From Ranitomeya imitator (lineage: Eukaryota), in assembly GCF_032444005.1 (NCBI RefSeq), contig NC_091283.1:268150001-268214000 (forward strand): a DNA stretch of 64,000 bases, written 5' to 3'. The notes beneath the pieces were generated by a model. The model had not been told where the DNA came from. It worked only from the letters and a program-made list of their open reading frames with translations, and did not search any database. Within the stretch, counting starts at the first letter, position 1. Each line of letters begins with the position of its first letter. The translations under genes were made by a program, and so were the position numbers. Positions 33,201-47,396 of the stretch are shown here, piece by piece.

Positions 33201-36200
33201 TTGTGATCAGTCAAGACCACCACGCGATGCTTAGCTCCTTCAAGCCAATGACGCCACTCCTCGAATGCCCACTTCATGGCTAGCAACTCTCGATTGCCAA
33301 CATCATAATTTCGCTCAGCAGGCGAAAATTTCCTGGAAAAGAAGGCGCATGGTTTCATCACCGAGCAATCAGAACTTCTCTGCGACAAAACAGCCCCTGC
33401 TCCAATTTCGGAAGCATCAACCTCGACCTGGAACGGAAGCGAAACATCTGGTTGACACAACACAGGGGCAGAAGAAAAACGACGCTTCAACTCCTGAAAA
33501 GCTTCCACAGCAGCAGAAGACCAATTGACCACATCAGCACCCTTCTTGGTTAAATCAGTCAACGGTTTAGCAATGCTAGAAAAATTAGCGATAAAGCGAC
33601 GATAAAAATTAGCAAAGCCCAGGAACTTCTGCAGACTCTTCAGAGATGTAGGCTGAGTCCAATCATAAATGGCCTGAACTTTAACAGGGTCCATCTCGAT
33701 AGTAGAAGGAGAAAAAATGAACCCCAAAAATGAATCTTCTGAACACCAAAGAGACACTTTGACCCCTTCACAAACAAAGAATTAGCACGCAGGACCAGGA
33801 ACACCATTCTGACCTGCTTCACATGAGACTCCCAATCATCCGAGAAGACCAAAATATCATCCAAGTATACAATCAGGAATTTATCCAGGTACTCTCGGAA
33901 GATGTCATGCATAAAGGACTGAAACACTGATGGAGCATTAGAAAGTCCGAATGGCATAACCAGGTACTCAAAATGGCCTTCGGGCGTATTAAATGCTGTT
34001 TTCCATTCATCGCCCCGTTTAATACGCACAAGATTATACGCACCACGAAGATCTATCTTGGTGAACCAACTAGCCCCCTTAATCCGAGCAAACAAATCAG
34101 ACAGCAGCGGCAAGGGGTACTGAAATTTGACCGTAATTTTATTTAGAAGGCGGTAATCAATACAAGGTCTCAGCGAACCATCCTTCTTGGCCACAAAAAA
34201 GAATCCCGCTCCCAATGGCGACGATGACGGGCGAATATGACCCTTCTCCAAAGACTCCTTCACGTAACTCCGCATAGCGGCGTGCTCAGGTACAGATAAA
34301 TTAAACAGTCGACCCTTAGGAAACTTACTACCAGGAATCAAATCGATAGCACAATCACAATCCCTATGCGGAGGTAGGGCATTGGACTTGGGCTCATCGA
34401 ATACATCCCGGTAATCAGACAAGAACTCTGGGACCTCAGAAGGGGTGGATGATGAGATAGACAGAAATGGAACATCACCATGTACCCCCTGACAACCCCA
34501 GCTGGACACAGACATTGATTTCCAATCTAATACTGGGTTATGGACTTGTAGCCATGGCAACCCCAACACGACCACATCATGCAGATTATGCAACACCAGA
34601 AAGCGAATATCCTCCTGGTGCGCAGGAGCCATGCACATGGTCAGCTGGGTCCAGTACTGAGGCTTATTCTTGGCCAAAGGCGTAGCATCAATTCCTCTCA
34701 ATGGAATAGGACACTGCAAGGGCTCCAAGACAAACCCACAGCGCCTAGCATACTCCAAGTCCATCAAATTCAGGGCAGCGCCTGAATCCACAAATGCCAT
34801 GACAGAATAGGAAGACAAAGAGCAGATCAAAGTAACGGACAAAAGAAATTTCGACTGTACCGTACCAATGGTGGCAGACCTAGCGAACCGCTTAGTGCGC
34901 TTAGGACAATCGGAGATAGCATGAGTGGAATCACCACAGTAGAAACACAGCCCATTCTGACGTCTGTGTTCTTGCCTTTCAGCTCTGGTTAAAGTCCTAT
35001 CGCACTGCATAGGCTCAGGTTTATGCTCAGATAATACTGCCAAATGGTGCACAGATTTACGCTCGCGCAAGCGTCGACCGATCTGAATGGCCAATGACAT
35101 AGACTCATTCAGACCAGCAGGCATAGGAAATCCCACCATGACATCCTTAAGGGCTTCAGAGAGACCCTTTCTGAAAATAGCTGCCAGCGCACATTCATTC
35201 CATTGAGTGAGCACGGACCACTTTCTAAACTTCTGACAATAAATCTCTATCTCATCCTGACCCTGACACAGAGCCAGCAAATTTTTCTCTGCCTGATCCA
35301 CTGAATTAGGTTCGTCGTACAGCAATCCGAGCGCCAGAAAAAACGCATCAATATTACATAATGCAGGATCTCCTGGCGCAAGGGAAAATGCCCAGTCTTG
35401 AGGGTCGCCACGTAATAAAGAAATAATAATTTTAACTTGTTGAACTGGGTCACCAGAGGAGCGGGGTTTCAAAGCCAGAAATAGTTTATAATTATTTTTA
35501 AAATTCAAAAATTTAGCTCTATCTCCAGAAAATAACTCAGGAATAGGAATTTTAGGTTCTAACATAGGATTCTGAACCACTAAATCTTGAATGTTCTGTA
35601 CTCTTATAGTGAGATTATCCATCAAAGAGGACAGACCCTGAATGTCCATGTCCACACCTGTGTTCTGAACCACCCTGATGTATAGGGGAAAAGAAAGACA
35701 GAACACAGTGCAAAGAAAAAAAAAATGGTCTCAGAACTTCTCTTTTCCCTCTATTGAGAAGCATTAGTACTTTGGGCCTCCAGTACTGTTATGAACAGGT
35801 AATTCAGAACCACAATGGACCTTGAAGTTCAGAGCATACAAAATGACCTGACATTTACCAAAAACATATGACGAGCTCTGAGACGTGGAAACTCTGCTGA
35901 CCGCAATCCCTAATCCTATCACACCATACTAGAGGTAGCCGTGGATTGCGCCTAACGCTCCCTATGCAACTCGGCACAGCCTGAGAAACTAACTAGCCCT
36001 GAAGATAGAAAAATAAGCCTACCTTGCCTCAGAGAAATTCCCCAAAGGAAAAGGCAGCCCCCCACATATAATGACTGTGAGTAAAGATGAAATACAAACA
36101 CAGAGATGAAATAGATTTAGCAAAGTGAGGCCCGACTTACTGAATAGACCGAGGATAGGAAAGATAGCTTTGCGGTCAACACAAAAACCTACAAACAACC

Positions 36201-38533
36201 ATGCAGAGGGGCAAAAAGACCCTCCGCACCGACTAACGGTACGGAGGTGCTCCCTCTGCGTCTCAGAGCTTCCAGCAAGCAAGAAAAACCAATATAGCAA
36301 GCTGGACAGAAAATATAGCAAACAAAAATAACATAAGCAGAACTTAGCTTATGCAGGATAAACAGGCCACAGGAACGATCCAGGAGGAAGCAAGACCAAT
36401 ACTAGAACATTGACTGGAGGCCAGGATCAAAGCACCAGGTGGAGTTAAATAGAGCAGCACCTAACGACTTAATCTCATCACCTGAGGAAGGAAACTCAGA
36501 AGCCGCAGTACCACTCTCATCCACCAAAGGAAGCTTATAGACAGAACCAGCCGCATTACCACTCACGACCACAGGAGGGAGCTTGGCCACAGAATTCACA
36601 ACAGTTACCCATGCCTTCCGGTCTGAGTGATTCTATGTCTCTGGCCACTCAGATTGACCGACGCCTGCGGGAGCGCAGAACTGTGCGCGCTGTGGCTTTA
36701 TCCTCAGAGCAAATTTCTGAGCCTATGCAATGTGATAGAATTCTGTCTAGAACGGAACGACAAGGTTTCAGACGTCAAAATAGGTTGTGTTATTATTGTG
36801 GCGACGCTTCTCATGTCATTTCTGTCTGCCCTTAGCGGACAATGAGGATCGCCAGTTCAATTACCATCAGTACTGTACAACCTAAATTTCTGTTATCTGT
36901 GTCCTTGATCTGCTCATTGTCATCATTTTCTGTCATGGCGTTTGTGGATTCAGGCGCCGCCTTGAATTTAATGGATTTTGAGTTTGCCAAGCGTTGTGGT
37001 TTTCCCTTGCAGCCTTTGCAGAACCCTATTCCTTTAAGGGGCATTGATGCTACACCCTTGGCTAGAAATAAGCCCCAGTTTTGGACACAGGTGACCATGC
37101 GCATGGCGCCAGCCCATCAGGAAGATTGTCGATTTCTGGTGTTGCATAACTTGAATGATGCTATCGTGCTGGGTTTTCCGTGGTTGCAGGTACATAATCC
37201 TGTGTTGGATTGGAAGTCCATGTCTGTGACTAGTTGGGGTTGTCAGGGGGTTCATAATGATGTTCCTTTGATGTCAATCTCCTCTTCTTCCTCTTCTGAA
37301 ATTCCAGCGTTTTTGTCTGATTTTCAGGATGTATTCGATGAGCCCAAGTCCAGTTTTCTTCCACCGCACAGGGACTGCGATTGTGCTATTGACTTGATTC
37401 CAGGCTGTAAGTTTCCTAAGGGTCGACTTTTTAATCTATCTGTGCCTGAACATACCACCATGCGGAGCTATATTAAGGAGTCTTTGGAGAAAGGGCATAT
37501 TCGGCCATCTTCTTCACCGTTGGGAGCGGGGTTCTTTTTTGTTGCTAAAAAAGATGGTTCCTTGAGACCCTGTATTGATTATCGCCTCTTGAATAAAATC
37601 ACGGTCAAGTTTCAATACCCTTTACCTTCGCTTTCCGATTTGTTTGCTAGGATTAAGGGAGCTAGTTGGTTTACCAAGATTGACCTTCGAGGGGCATATA
37701 ATCTTGTTCGTATTAAGCAGGGTGATGAATGAAAAAACTGCGTTTAACACGCCCGAAGGCCATTTTGAATACCTTGTGATGCCATTCGGACTCTCTAATG
37801 CTCCATCTGTTTTTCAGTCCGTCATGCATGATATCTTCCGGACTTATCTTGATAAATTCTTGATTGTATATTTGGACGATATTTTGATTTTTTCCGATGA
37901 TTGGGAGTCTCATGTGCAACAGGTCAGGATGGTATTTCAGATCCTTCCTGACAATGCCCTGTTTGTGAAAGGGTCTAAGTGTCTCTTTGGGGTGCAGAAA
38001 GTCTCTTTTTTGGGCTTCATTTTTTCTCCTTCGTCTATAGAGATGGATCCGGTTAAGGTTCAGGCCATTCATGATTGGATTCAGCTCACATCCGTGAAGA
38101 GCCTTCAGAAATTTTGGGGTTTTGCAAATTTTTATCGCCGTTTCATTGCTAATTTTTCCAGCGTGGTTAAACCCTTGACCGATTTGACGAAGAAGGGCGC
38201 TGATGTGGCGAATTGGCCCTCTGCGGCTGTCTCTGCTTTTCAGGAGCTTAAACATCGATTTACTTCTGCTCCAGTGTTGCGCCAACCGGATGTTTCTCTT
38301 CCGTTTCAGGTTCAGGTTGACGCTTCTGAGATTGGGGCAGGGGCTGTTTTGTCTCAGAGGGATCCTGTTGGTTCCTTAATGAAACCGTGTGCCTTCTTTT
38401 CCCATAAGTTTTCGCCTGCTGAACGCAATTATGATGTCGGCAATCGGGAGTTGTTAGCTATGAAGTAGGCGTTTGAGGAGTGGCGACATTGGCTTGAGGG
38501 AGCTAAGCACCGTATTGTGGTCTTGAACGATCA
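30221..38533 (+). mobile_element. Chromovirus/sushi-type Gypsy element, family A, copy 1 (deleted 5' LTR, gag, PR, RT, RH), split by element B and truncated at the duplication junction
   Basis: LTR start TGTTGTGAAT at 30221. Gag MNVQELASRV from 30571. Resumes at 36610 with CYYCGDASHVISVC, FVDSGA, YLDD and [12 protein letters not shown], with several stops. About 520 bp of LTR/leader is deleted relative to 59903-60423. Confidence 0.92.
31095..36603 (-). mobile_element. Chromovirus-type Gypsy element B with both LTRs (31095-31911 and 35787-36603, 817 bp each); integrase core deleted
   Basis: TG...CA LTRs differing at about 15 of 817 positions. 6-bp TSD GTTACC. Gag-PR-RT ORF 35706-33640, RH 33757-32669 and chromodomain EYIVEKILDSRVSRRKLQYLVKWKGY (32357-31710). 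Confidence 0.95.
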
Positions 38534-41500
38534 GAGGAGAGGAGAGGCTGCGGAGCCGGCCAATCAGAGGAGAGGGGAAGAGGGGACCGGGGGAGGAGAG
38601 GAGAAGAGAGGGGACCCGGGGAGGAGAGGAGAGGCTGCGGAGCCGGCCAATCAGAGGAGAGGGGACCCGGGGAGGAGAGGAGAAGAGAGGGGACCCGGGT
38701 AGGAGAGGAGAGTCTGCGGAGTTGGCCAATCAGAGGAGAGGGGAAGAGAGGACCCGGGGAGGAGAGGAGACCCGGGGAGGAGAGAGGAAGAGAGGGGACC
38801 CAGGGAGGAGAGGAGACCCGGGGAGGGGAAGAGAGGAGACCCGGGGAGGAGAGGGAACCGGGGGAGGAGAGGAGACCTGGGGAGGAGAGGGGAAGAGAGG
38901 AGACCCGGGGAGGAGAGGGGAAGAGAGGAGACCCGGGGAGGAGAGGAGACCTGGGGAGGAGAGTGGAAGAGAGGGGACCCAGGGAGGAGAGGAGACCCGG
39001 GGAGGAGAGGGGAAGAGAGGAGACCTGGGGAGGAGAGAGGAAGAGACCCGGAGAGGAGAGGAGACCTGGGGAGGAGAGAGGAAGAGAGGGGACCCAGGGA
39101 GGAGAGGAGACCCGGGGAGGAGACCGGGGGAGGAGAGGGGAAGAGAGGGGACCCGGGGAGGAGAGGGGAAGAGACGAGACCCGGGGAGGAGAGGCTGCGG
39201 AGCCGGCCAATCAGAGGAGAGGGGAAGAAAGGGGACCGGGGGAGGAGAGGGGAAGAGAGGGGATCGGGGGAGGAGAGGAGAAGAGAGGGGATTCGGGGAG
39301 GAGAGGAGAAGAGGGGGCCTGGGGAGGAGAGGAGAGGCTGCGGAGCCGGCCAATCAGAGGAGAGGGGACCGGGGGAGGAGAGGAGAAGAGAGGGGACCCG
39401 GGGAGGAGAGGAGAGGCTGCGGAGTCGGCCAATCAGAGGAGAGGGGAAGAGAGGGGACCCGGGGAGGAGAGGAGAAGAGAGGGGACCCGGGGAGGAGAGG
39501 AGAGGCTGCGGAGCCGGCCAATCAGAGGAGAGGGGAAGAGAGGACCCGGGGAGGAGAGGAGACCCGGGGAGGAGAGAGGAAGAGAGGGGACCCAGGGAGG
39601 AGAGGAGACCCGGGGAGGGGAAGAGAGGAGACCCGGGGAGGAGAGGGGACCGGGGGAGGAGAGGAGACCTGGGGAGGAGAGGAGAAGAGAGGAGACCCGG
39701 GGAGGAGAGGGGAAGAGAGGAGATCCGGGGAGGAGAGGAGACCTAGGGAGGAGAGGGGAGGAGAGGGGACCCAGGGAGGAGAGGAGACCCGGGGAGGAGA
39801 GGGGAAGAGAGGAGACCCGGGGAGGAGAGGAGACCTGGGGAGGAGAGGGGAAGAGAGGGGACCCAGGGAGGAGAGGAGACCCGGGGAGGAGAGGGGAAGA
39901 GAGGAGACCTGGGGAGGAGAGAGGAGGAGACCCGGGGAGGAGAGGGGAAGAGGGGAGACCTGGGGAGGAGAGGAGACCTGGGGAGGAGAGAGGAAGAGAG
40001 GGGAGTCAGGGAGGAGAGGAGACCCAGGGAGGAGAGGGGAAGAGAGGGGACCCGGGGAGGAGAGGGGAAGAGAGGAGACCTGGGGAGGAGAGAGGAAGAG
40101 AGGAGACCCGGGGAGGAGAGGAGACCCGGGGAGAGAGGAGACCCAGGGAAGAGAGGAGACCCCGGGAGGAGAGAAGAGCAGACTCGGGGAGGAGAGGAGA
40201 TCCAGGGAAGAGAGGAGAAGAGACCAGGGTAGGAGAGAAGAGGAGACCCGGGGAGGAGAGGACAATCAGAGGAGAGGAGAGGGGAAGAAAGGAGAGGAGA
40301 CCCGGGGAGGAGAGGACAATCAGAGGAGAGGGGAAGAGAGGAGAGGAGACCCGAGGAGGAGAGGACAATCAGAGGAGAGGAGAGGGGAAGAAAGGAGAGG
40401 AGACCCGGGGAGGAGAGGACAATCAGAGGAGAGGGGAAGAGAGGAGAGGAGACCCGAGGAGGAGAGGAAACACGGAGAGGAGACCCGGGGAGGAGAGGAC
40501 AATCAGAAGAGAGGAGAGGGGAAGTGAGGAGACCCGGAGAGGAGAGGACAATCAGAGGGGAGGAGAGGACAATCAAAGGAGAATGGAAGAGAGGAGAGGA
40601 GACCCGGAGAGGAGAGGGGAAGGGAGGAAAGGAGACCCGGGGAGTAGAGGATGATCAGAGGAGAAGACAAGGAACATGGAGAGGAGAGAGAACCCGGGGA
40701 TTAGAGGAGACCCAGGGAAGAGAGGAGAGGAGACCAGGGGAGGAGAGAAGAGGAGACCCGGGGAGGAGAGGACAATCAGAGGAGAGGAGAGGGGAAGAAA
40801 GGAGAGGAGACCCGGGGAGGAGAGGACAATCAGAGGAGAGGGGAAGAGAAGAGAGGAGACCCGGGGAGGAGAGAAGAGGAGAGGGTACACGGAGAGGAGA
40901 GGACAAGGAACACGGATAGGGAACCCGGGAAGGAGAGGAGACCCGGGGAGGAGAGGGTACACGGAGAGGAGAGAGAAGAGGACAAGGACAACGGAGAGGA
41001 GACCCAGGGAGGAGAGGAAATCTGGGAAAGAGAGGATAGGAGACCCGGAAAGCCAATCAGAAGACAGTAAAGGGGAAGAGAGGAGACCCGGGGAGGAGAG
41101 GACAAGGAACACGGAGAGGAGAGGACAAGGAACACGGAGAGGAGAGGGAACCCAGGGAAGAGAGGGAACCAGAGGAGGAGAGGACAGGGAACATGAAGAG
41201 GAGAAAAAACCTGGGGAGAAGAGGAGAGGAAACTCGGAGAGGGAAAGGGTAGGACAGGTAACCCAGGGAAGAGAGAAGAGGGAATACAGAGAGTAGAGGG
41301 AACCCAGGGAGGAGAGGACAGGGAATACGGAAAAGAGAGGAAATCCGGGGAGGAGAGAAGAGGAAACACAGAGAGGACAGGAAACACGGAGAGAAGAAGA
41401 GAGGGAACCCGGAAAGGAGAGGACGGGGAACATGGAGAGGACAAGGAACCTGGGAAGGAGAGAAGAAGGAACACGGACAGTAGAGTGATCCAGGAGAGGA

Positions 41501-42510
41501 CAGGGAACCCGGGGAGGAGAGGACTGGGAACACGGGGAGGAGAGGGAACCCAGGGAAGAGAGGGAACCAGAGGAGGAGAGGACAGGGAACATGAAGAGGA
41601 GAAAAAACCTCGGGAGGAGAGAAGAGGAGAGGAATCTCGGAGAGGGAAAGGGGAGGACAGGTAACCCAGGGAAGAGAGAAGAGGGAACACAGACAGTAGA
41701 GGGAACCCAGGGAGGAGAGGGAACCTGGAGAGGGAACACAGAGAGGAGAGGAGACTCGGGGAGGAGAGGGAACCCTGGGAGGAGAAGAGAGGGGACTCGG
41801 GGAGGAGAGGACAGGGAATACGGAGAGGAGAGGGAACCTGAGGAGGAGAGAAGACGAAACACAGAGGAGAGGGAACCCAGAGAGGAGAGGGTACACGGGG
41901 AGGAGAGGACGGACAGGGAACTAAAGAAAGGGGAGGGAACCAAAAAAGAAGAGAAGAGGATAAGAAACCTGGAGATGAGAGGGGACAAGGGGAGGAGAGG
42001 AGAGGGAACACGAAGAGGAGAGGGTACCCGGCGAGGAGAGGAGAGGGAACACGAAGAGGAGAGGGAACCCGGAGAGGAGAGGGGACCTGGGGAGGAGAGG
42101 ACAGGGAATATGGAGAGGAGAGGGAACCCGGAGAGAAGAGGAAACACAGAGAGGAGAAGGAACCCGGAGAGGAGAGAAGAGGAAACACAGAGAGGAGAAG
42201 GAACCCGTGGAGGAGAGGACAGGGAACCCGCAGAGGAGAAAAGAGGGAACCCGGAAAGGAGAGGGCAGGGAACATGGAGAGGACAGGGAACCTGGGAAGG
42301 AGAGAAGAGGGAACACAAAGAGGAGAGTGATCCCGGGGAGGAGAGGACAGGGAACACGGAGAGGAGAGGGAACCCATAGAGGAGAGGACAGGGAACAAAA
42401 GAGAGTAGAGGGAATCCAGGGAGAAGAGGAGAGGAAACCCGGAGATGAGATGGGACCTGGGGAGAAGAGGAAAGGGAACCCGGGGAGGAGAGAAGAGGGA
42501 ACACAGAGAA
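38534..42510. repeat. GA-rich satellite, block 1, unit 2, with seven proximal CCAAT-box units
   Basis: CCAAT at 38560, 38647, 38726, 39207, 39350, 39429 and 39518. Confidence 0.95.
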
Positions 42511-44235
42511 ATCAACAGACTGCCCTGGCACACCAGCCTGACCAAAGAACTGAGGCGAGCTTCCAGGGCTGCTGAGTTGAGATGGAAAAGATCCCACTTC
42601 AACGAGCACTTCATCGTGTTCAAACAGTCACTCACTACTTTCAAGACCACACTCGCCACAGCTAAACAAAACTACATCTCATCTCTCATATCCTCCCTGT
42701 CTCACAACCCTAAACAGTTATTCAACACCTTCAATTCTCTCATCCGTCCCCCAGCACCTCCTCCCTCCCCACTTATCTCAGCTGAAGACTTTGCCTCATT
42801 TTTCAAGCAGAAGATTGAGAACATCAGAGACATTTTTAGTCGACAACCCCCGGAGCCCTTCCTCCCAACTTCCCAGCCCTCCACCTCCAAACTATACACT
42901 AGATTCCTTGATAGGGCGTTGATCCAGGGAACTAGTCTGATTGCCGTATGTGGAGTCGGGAAGGAATTTTTTTCCCCAATGTGGAGCTTACTCTTGCCAC
43001 ATGGGTTTTTTTGCCTTCCTCTGGATCAACATGTTAGGGCATGTTAGGTTAGGCTATGGGTTGAACTAGATGGACTTATAGTCTTCCTTCAACCTTAATA
43101 ACTATGTAACCAGCTTCTCCGCCATTACAGAAGATCGACTCTCCACTCTACTCTCAAGATCGCATCTCACCATCTGTGCACTTGACCCGATCCCATCCCA
43201 CTTCATTCCAAACCTCACCACAGTCCATCCCAACCCTAACCCAACTCTTCAAACTATCACTAACAACTGGTGTTTTCCCCTTAATCACACCTATCCTCAA
43301 ATAGCCCTCTCTTGACCCATCCTCTGTATCTAGCTATCGCCCTATATCACTTCTCCCCTATGCCTCAAAACTACTGGAACAACACATCCATCTTGAACTG
43401 TCCTCTCATCTATCGTCCAGCTCCCTCTTCGACCGCTTACAAGCTGGCTTCCGGTCACACCATTCCACTGAAACTGCCCTTACTAAGGTCACCAATGACC
43501 TATTAACCGCCAAGAGCAAGCGACACTACTCTGTCCTCCTCCTGGACCTGTCGGCTGCCTTTGACACAGTGGACCATTCCCTGCTGCTGCAGACCCTCTC
43601 ATCCCTTGGCATCACAGACTTGACCCTATCCTGGATCTCGTCATTCCTAACAGACCGGACATTCAGCATCTCCCACTCACACACCACCTCCTCACCTCGC
43701 TCCCTATTTGTCGGAGTCTCACAAGGTTCAGTCCTTGGGCCCTGCTCTTCTCCATTTACACCTTTGGCCTGGGACAGCTCATAGAATCTCATGGCTTTCA
43801 GTATCATCTCTATGCTGATAACACACAGATCTACATCTCTGGACCAGATATCACCTCCCTCCTAACCAGAATCCCTCAATTTCAGTCCACTATTTCATCC
43901 TTCTCCGCTAGATTTCGGAAACTTAACATGGACAAAACAGAATTCATCATCTTTCCCCCATCTCACGCGACCCCCCCAACGAACCTATCCATTACAGTAA
44001 ATGGCTGCCCACTCTCCCCAGTCCCACAGGCTCGCTGCCTCGGGGTAATTCTTGACACTGATCGCTCCTTCAAACCACATATCCAAGCCCTTTCCACTTC
44101 CTGCCGCCTTCAACTCAAAAACATTTCCCGGATCGGTACATTCCTAAACCAAGAATCTGCAAAAACCCTAGTCCATGCTCTCATCATCTCCCGCCTCAAC
44201 TACTGCAACCTCCTGATCTGTGGCCTCCCCTCTAA
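42511..44235 (+). mobile_element. L2 LINE, unit-2 copy (includes the CR1 3' fragment at 42893-43110); 3' end deleted
   Basis: About 98% identical by eye to 13829-15565. Confidence 0.92.
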
Positions 44236-44366
44236 GGCCGGTGTCACACTGGTGTATTGCATCCGATGCGAAATCATCGGATGCAATATGCTAATGACAC
44301 TCGGCTCCTGCTCGCAGCAGAGCAGGAGCCGAGTGTCATGCGTCTGTGCTCCGATTCTCTCGCACA
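44236..44366. mobile_element. Left 130 bp of the Harbinger-like MITE, unit-2 copy
   Basis: TAA|GGCCGGTGTCACACT. An ~790-bp deletion (equivalent to 15697-16485) joins it to the GA satellite via an ACA microhomology. Confidence 0.8.
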
Positions 44367-47300
44367 ACACGGAGAGGAGAGGGAATTCGGGGAGGAGAGA
44401 AGAGGAGAGGGAACCCAGAAAGGAGAAGACAGGGAATATGGAGAGGAGAGGGAACCAAGGGAGGAGATAAGAGGAAACACATAGAGGAGTGGGAACCCGG
44501 GGAAGAGAGGACAGGGAACACAGAGAGGAGAGGGAACATGGAGAGGAGATGGAACGGAGAGGAGAGGACTGGGAACACCAAGAGAAGAGAAGAAGGAACC
44601 TGGAGAGGAGAGGGAATCCGGAGAGGAGAAAAGAGGGAACCCAGAAAGGAGAGGACTGGGAACACAGAAAAGGGAACCTGGGGAGGAAAGAAGAGGGAAC
44701 ATGAAGAGAAGAGGGAATCCAGGGAGGAGAGAACAGGGAACGCGGAGAGGAGAGGGAACCCAATGAGGAAAGGAGAGGAAACATGGAGAGGAGAAAAGAG
44801 GGAACACAGAAAGGAGAGGGAACATGGAGAGGAGGGAACCCGGGGGGAGGAGAGAAGAGGAAACATGGAGAGGAGAGGGATCCAGAGGAAGAAACGAAAG
44901 GGAACACGGAGAGGAGAGGAAACCCGGAGAGGATAGCAGAGGGGACCTGGGGAGGTAAGGAGAGGGGATCCGTGGAGGAGAGGAGAGGGGACCCAGATAG
45001 GAGAGGAGAGGGAACCCAGGGAGGAGAGGAGAGGGAATGCGGAGAAGAGAGGAGACTCGGAGAGGAGAGGGGATCTGGGGAGGAGAGGGCACTTGTAGAG
45101 GAGAGGGAACCCAGGGAGGAGAGAAGAGGGGACCCGGGGAGAAGAGAGGGGACCCGAGTAGGGGAGGAGAGGGAACCCAATGAGGAAAGGAGAGGAAACA
45201 TGGAGAGGAGAAATGAGGGAACACAGAAAGGACAGGGAACATGGAGAGGAGAGGGATCCCGGGGGGGGAGGAGAGAAGAGGAAACATGGAGAGGAGAGGG
45301 ATCCCGGGGAAAAAACGGAAGGGAACACGGAGAGGAGAGGAAACCCGGAGAGGATAGCAGAGGGGACCTGGGGAGGTGAGGAGAGGGGATCCGTGGAGGA
45401 GAGGAGAGGGGACCCAGATAGGAGACGAGAGGGAACCCAGGGAGGAGAGGAGAGGGAATGCGGAGAAGAGAGGAGACTCGGAGAGGAGAGGGGACCTGGG
45501 GAGGAGAGGGCACTTTTAGAGGAGAGGGAACCCAGGGAGGAGAAGAGAGGGGACCCAGGGAGAGGAGAGGGAACCAGGGAGGAGAGGTGAGGGTATCATA
45601 GAGGAGAGGGGACCCAGGGAGGAGAGGAGAGGGAACCCGGAGAGGAGACCCAGGGATGTGAGGAGAGGGAAAGAGGTGTCCCGGAGAGGAGAGGCAAGGG
45701 AACCCAGAGAAGAGAGGGAACGCAGAGAGGAGAGGGAACCCGAGGAGGAACGGAGAGGACACCTGGAGATGAGAGGGGACCTGGGGAGGAGAGAAGAGGG
45801 AACACGGAGAGGAGAGAGAAATCAACAGACAGCCCTGACAGTCCTCCCAGGAGGAGACGAGAGGAGAAGAGAGGAGAGCTGGGGAGGAGAGGGGATCGGG
45901 GAAGAGAAGAAAGGAGAGGGAACCCAGGGAGAAGAGGAGAGGGAACCAGGTAGGAAACAAGCGGGAACCTGAAGAGGAGAGGAGACCCGGGGAGGAGAAG
46001 AAAGGGAACCTGGGTATGAGAACAGAGGGAACCCGTAGAGGAAAGGAGAAGGAACCTGGAGAGGAGACACGGAGAGGAGACCTGGATAGGAGAGGGAACC
46101 CAAGGAGGAGAGGGAATGAGGAGAGGAGAGGGCCCAGGGAGGAGAGGAGAGGGGACCCGGAGAGGATAGGAGACCTTGAGAAGAGAGGACACAGGGAGGA
46201 GTGGAGAGGAGAGAGGACCCGGGAAGTAGAAGAGAGGGAACCAGGTAGGAGACGAGCAGGAACCCGGAGAGGAGAGGAGACCCGGGGAGGAGAAGAGAGG
46301 GAACCTGAGAATGAGAACAGAGGGAACCCGTAGAGGAAAGAATGAACCTGGGGAGGAGACAAGAGAAGAAGGAACATGGAGATGAGAGGGAACACGGAGA
46401 GTAGAAGAGAGGAGACCCGGGGAGGAGTGGGAACCCGGGGAGGAGAGGGAACATGGAAAGGAGAAGAGAGGAGACCGTGGAGGAGAGGAGAGGGAACCCG
46501 GAGAGGAGAGGGAATGAGGAGAGGAGAGGAAACCCAAGGAGGAGAGGGAACGAGGAGAGGGGAACCGGAGAGGAGATAGAACCCGGAGAGGAGAGGGGAC
46601 ACGGATAGGAGAGGGGACCCGGATAGGAGAGGGAAACCAAGGAGGAGAGGGGACCTGGAGAGGAGAGGGGACCCGGAGAGGATAGGGGACCTTGAGAGGA
46701 GAGGACCCAGGGAGGAGTGGAGAGGAGAGGGGACCTTGAGAAGAGAGGACACAGGGAGGAGTGGACAGGAGAGAGGACCCGGGGAGAAGAAGCGAGGGAA
46801 CCAGGCAGGAGACGAGCAGGAACCCGGAGAGGAGAGGAGACCCGGGGAGGAGAAGAGAAGGAACCTGGGAATGAGAACAGAGGGAACCCGTAGAGGAAAG
46901 GAGAAGGAACCTGGGGAGGAGACAAGAGAAGAGGGAACACGGAGATGAGAGGGAACAGGGAGAGTAGAAGGGAGGAGACCCGGGGAGGAGTGGGAACCCG
47001 GGGAGGAAAGGGAACATGGAAAGGAGAAGAGAGGACACCGTGGAGGAGAGGAGAGGGAACCCGGAGAGGAGAGGGAATGAGGACAGAAGAGGGGGCCTGG
47101 AGAGGAGAGGAAACCCAAGGAGGAGAGGGAGCGAGAAGAGGAGAGGGGAACCGGAGAGGAGATAGAACCCGGAGAGGAGAAGGGACACGGATAGGAGAGG
47201 GGACCCGGAGAGGATAGGGGGACCCAGGGAGGAGAGGAGAGGGGACCAGGGGAGTAGAAGAGAGGGAACCAGGTAGGAGACGAGCGGGAACTCGGAGAGG

Positions 47301-47396
47301 AGAGGAGACCCAGGGAGGAGAAGAGAGGGAACATGGGAATGAGAACAGAGGGAACCCGTAGAGGAAAGGAGAAGGAACCTGGGGAGGAGACCTTTT
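44367..47396. repeat. GA-rich satellite, block 2, unit 2
   Basis: Collinear with 16486-19495. Confidence 0.94.

Larger units (their letters stand above)
7051..38533. repeat. Tandem segmental duplication, unit 1 (31.5 kb)
   Basis: Collinear with 38534-62902: the L2 junction 13831 maps to 42513, LTR 25806 to 49998, LTR 30221 to 59593 and the end 38533 to 62902. Confidence 0.9.
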
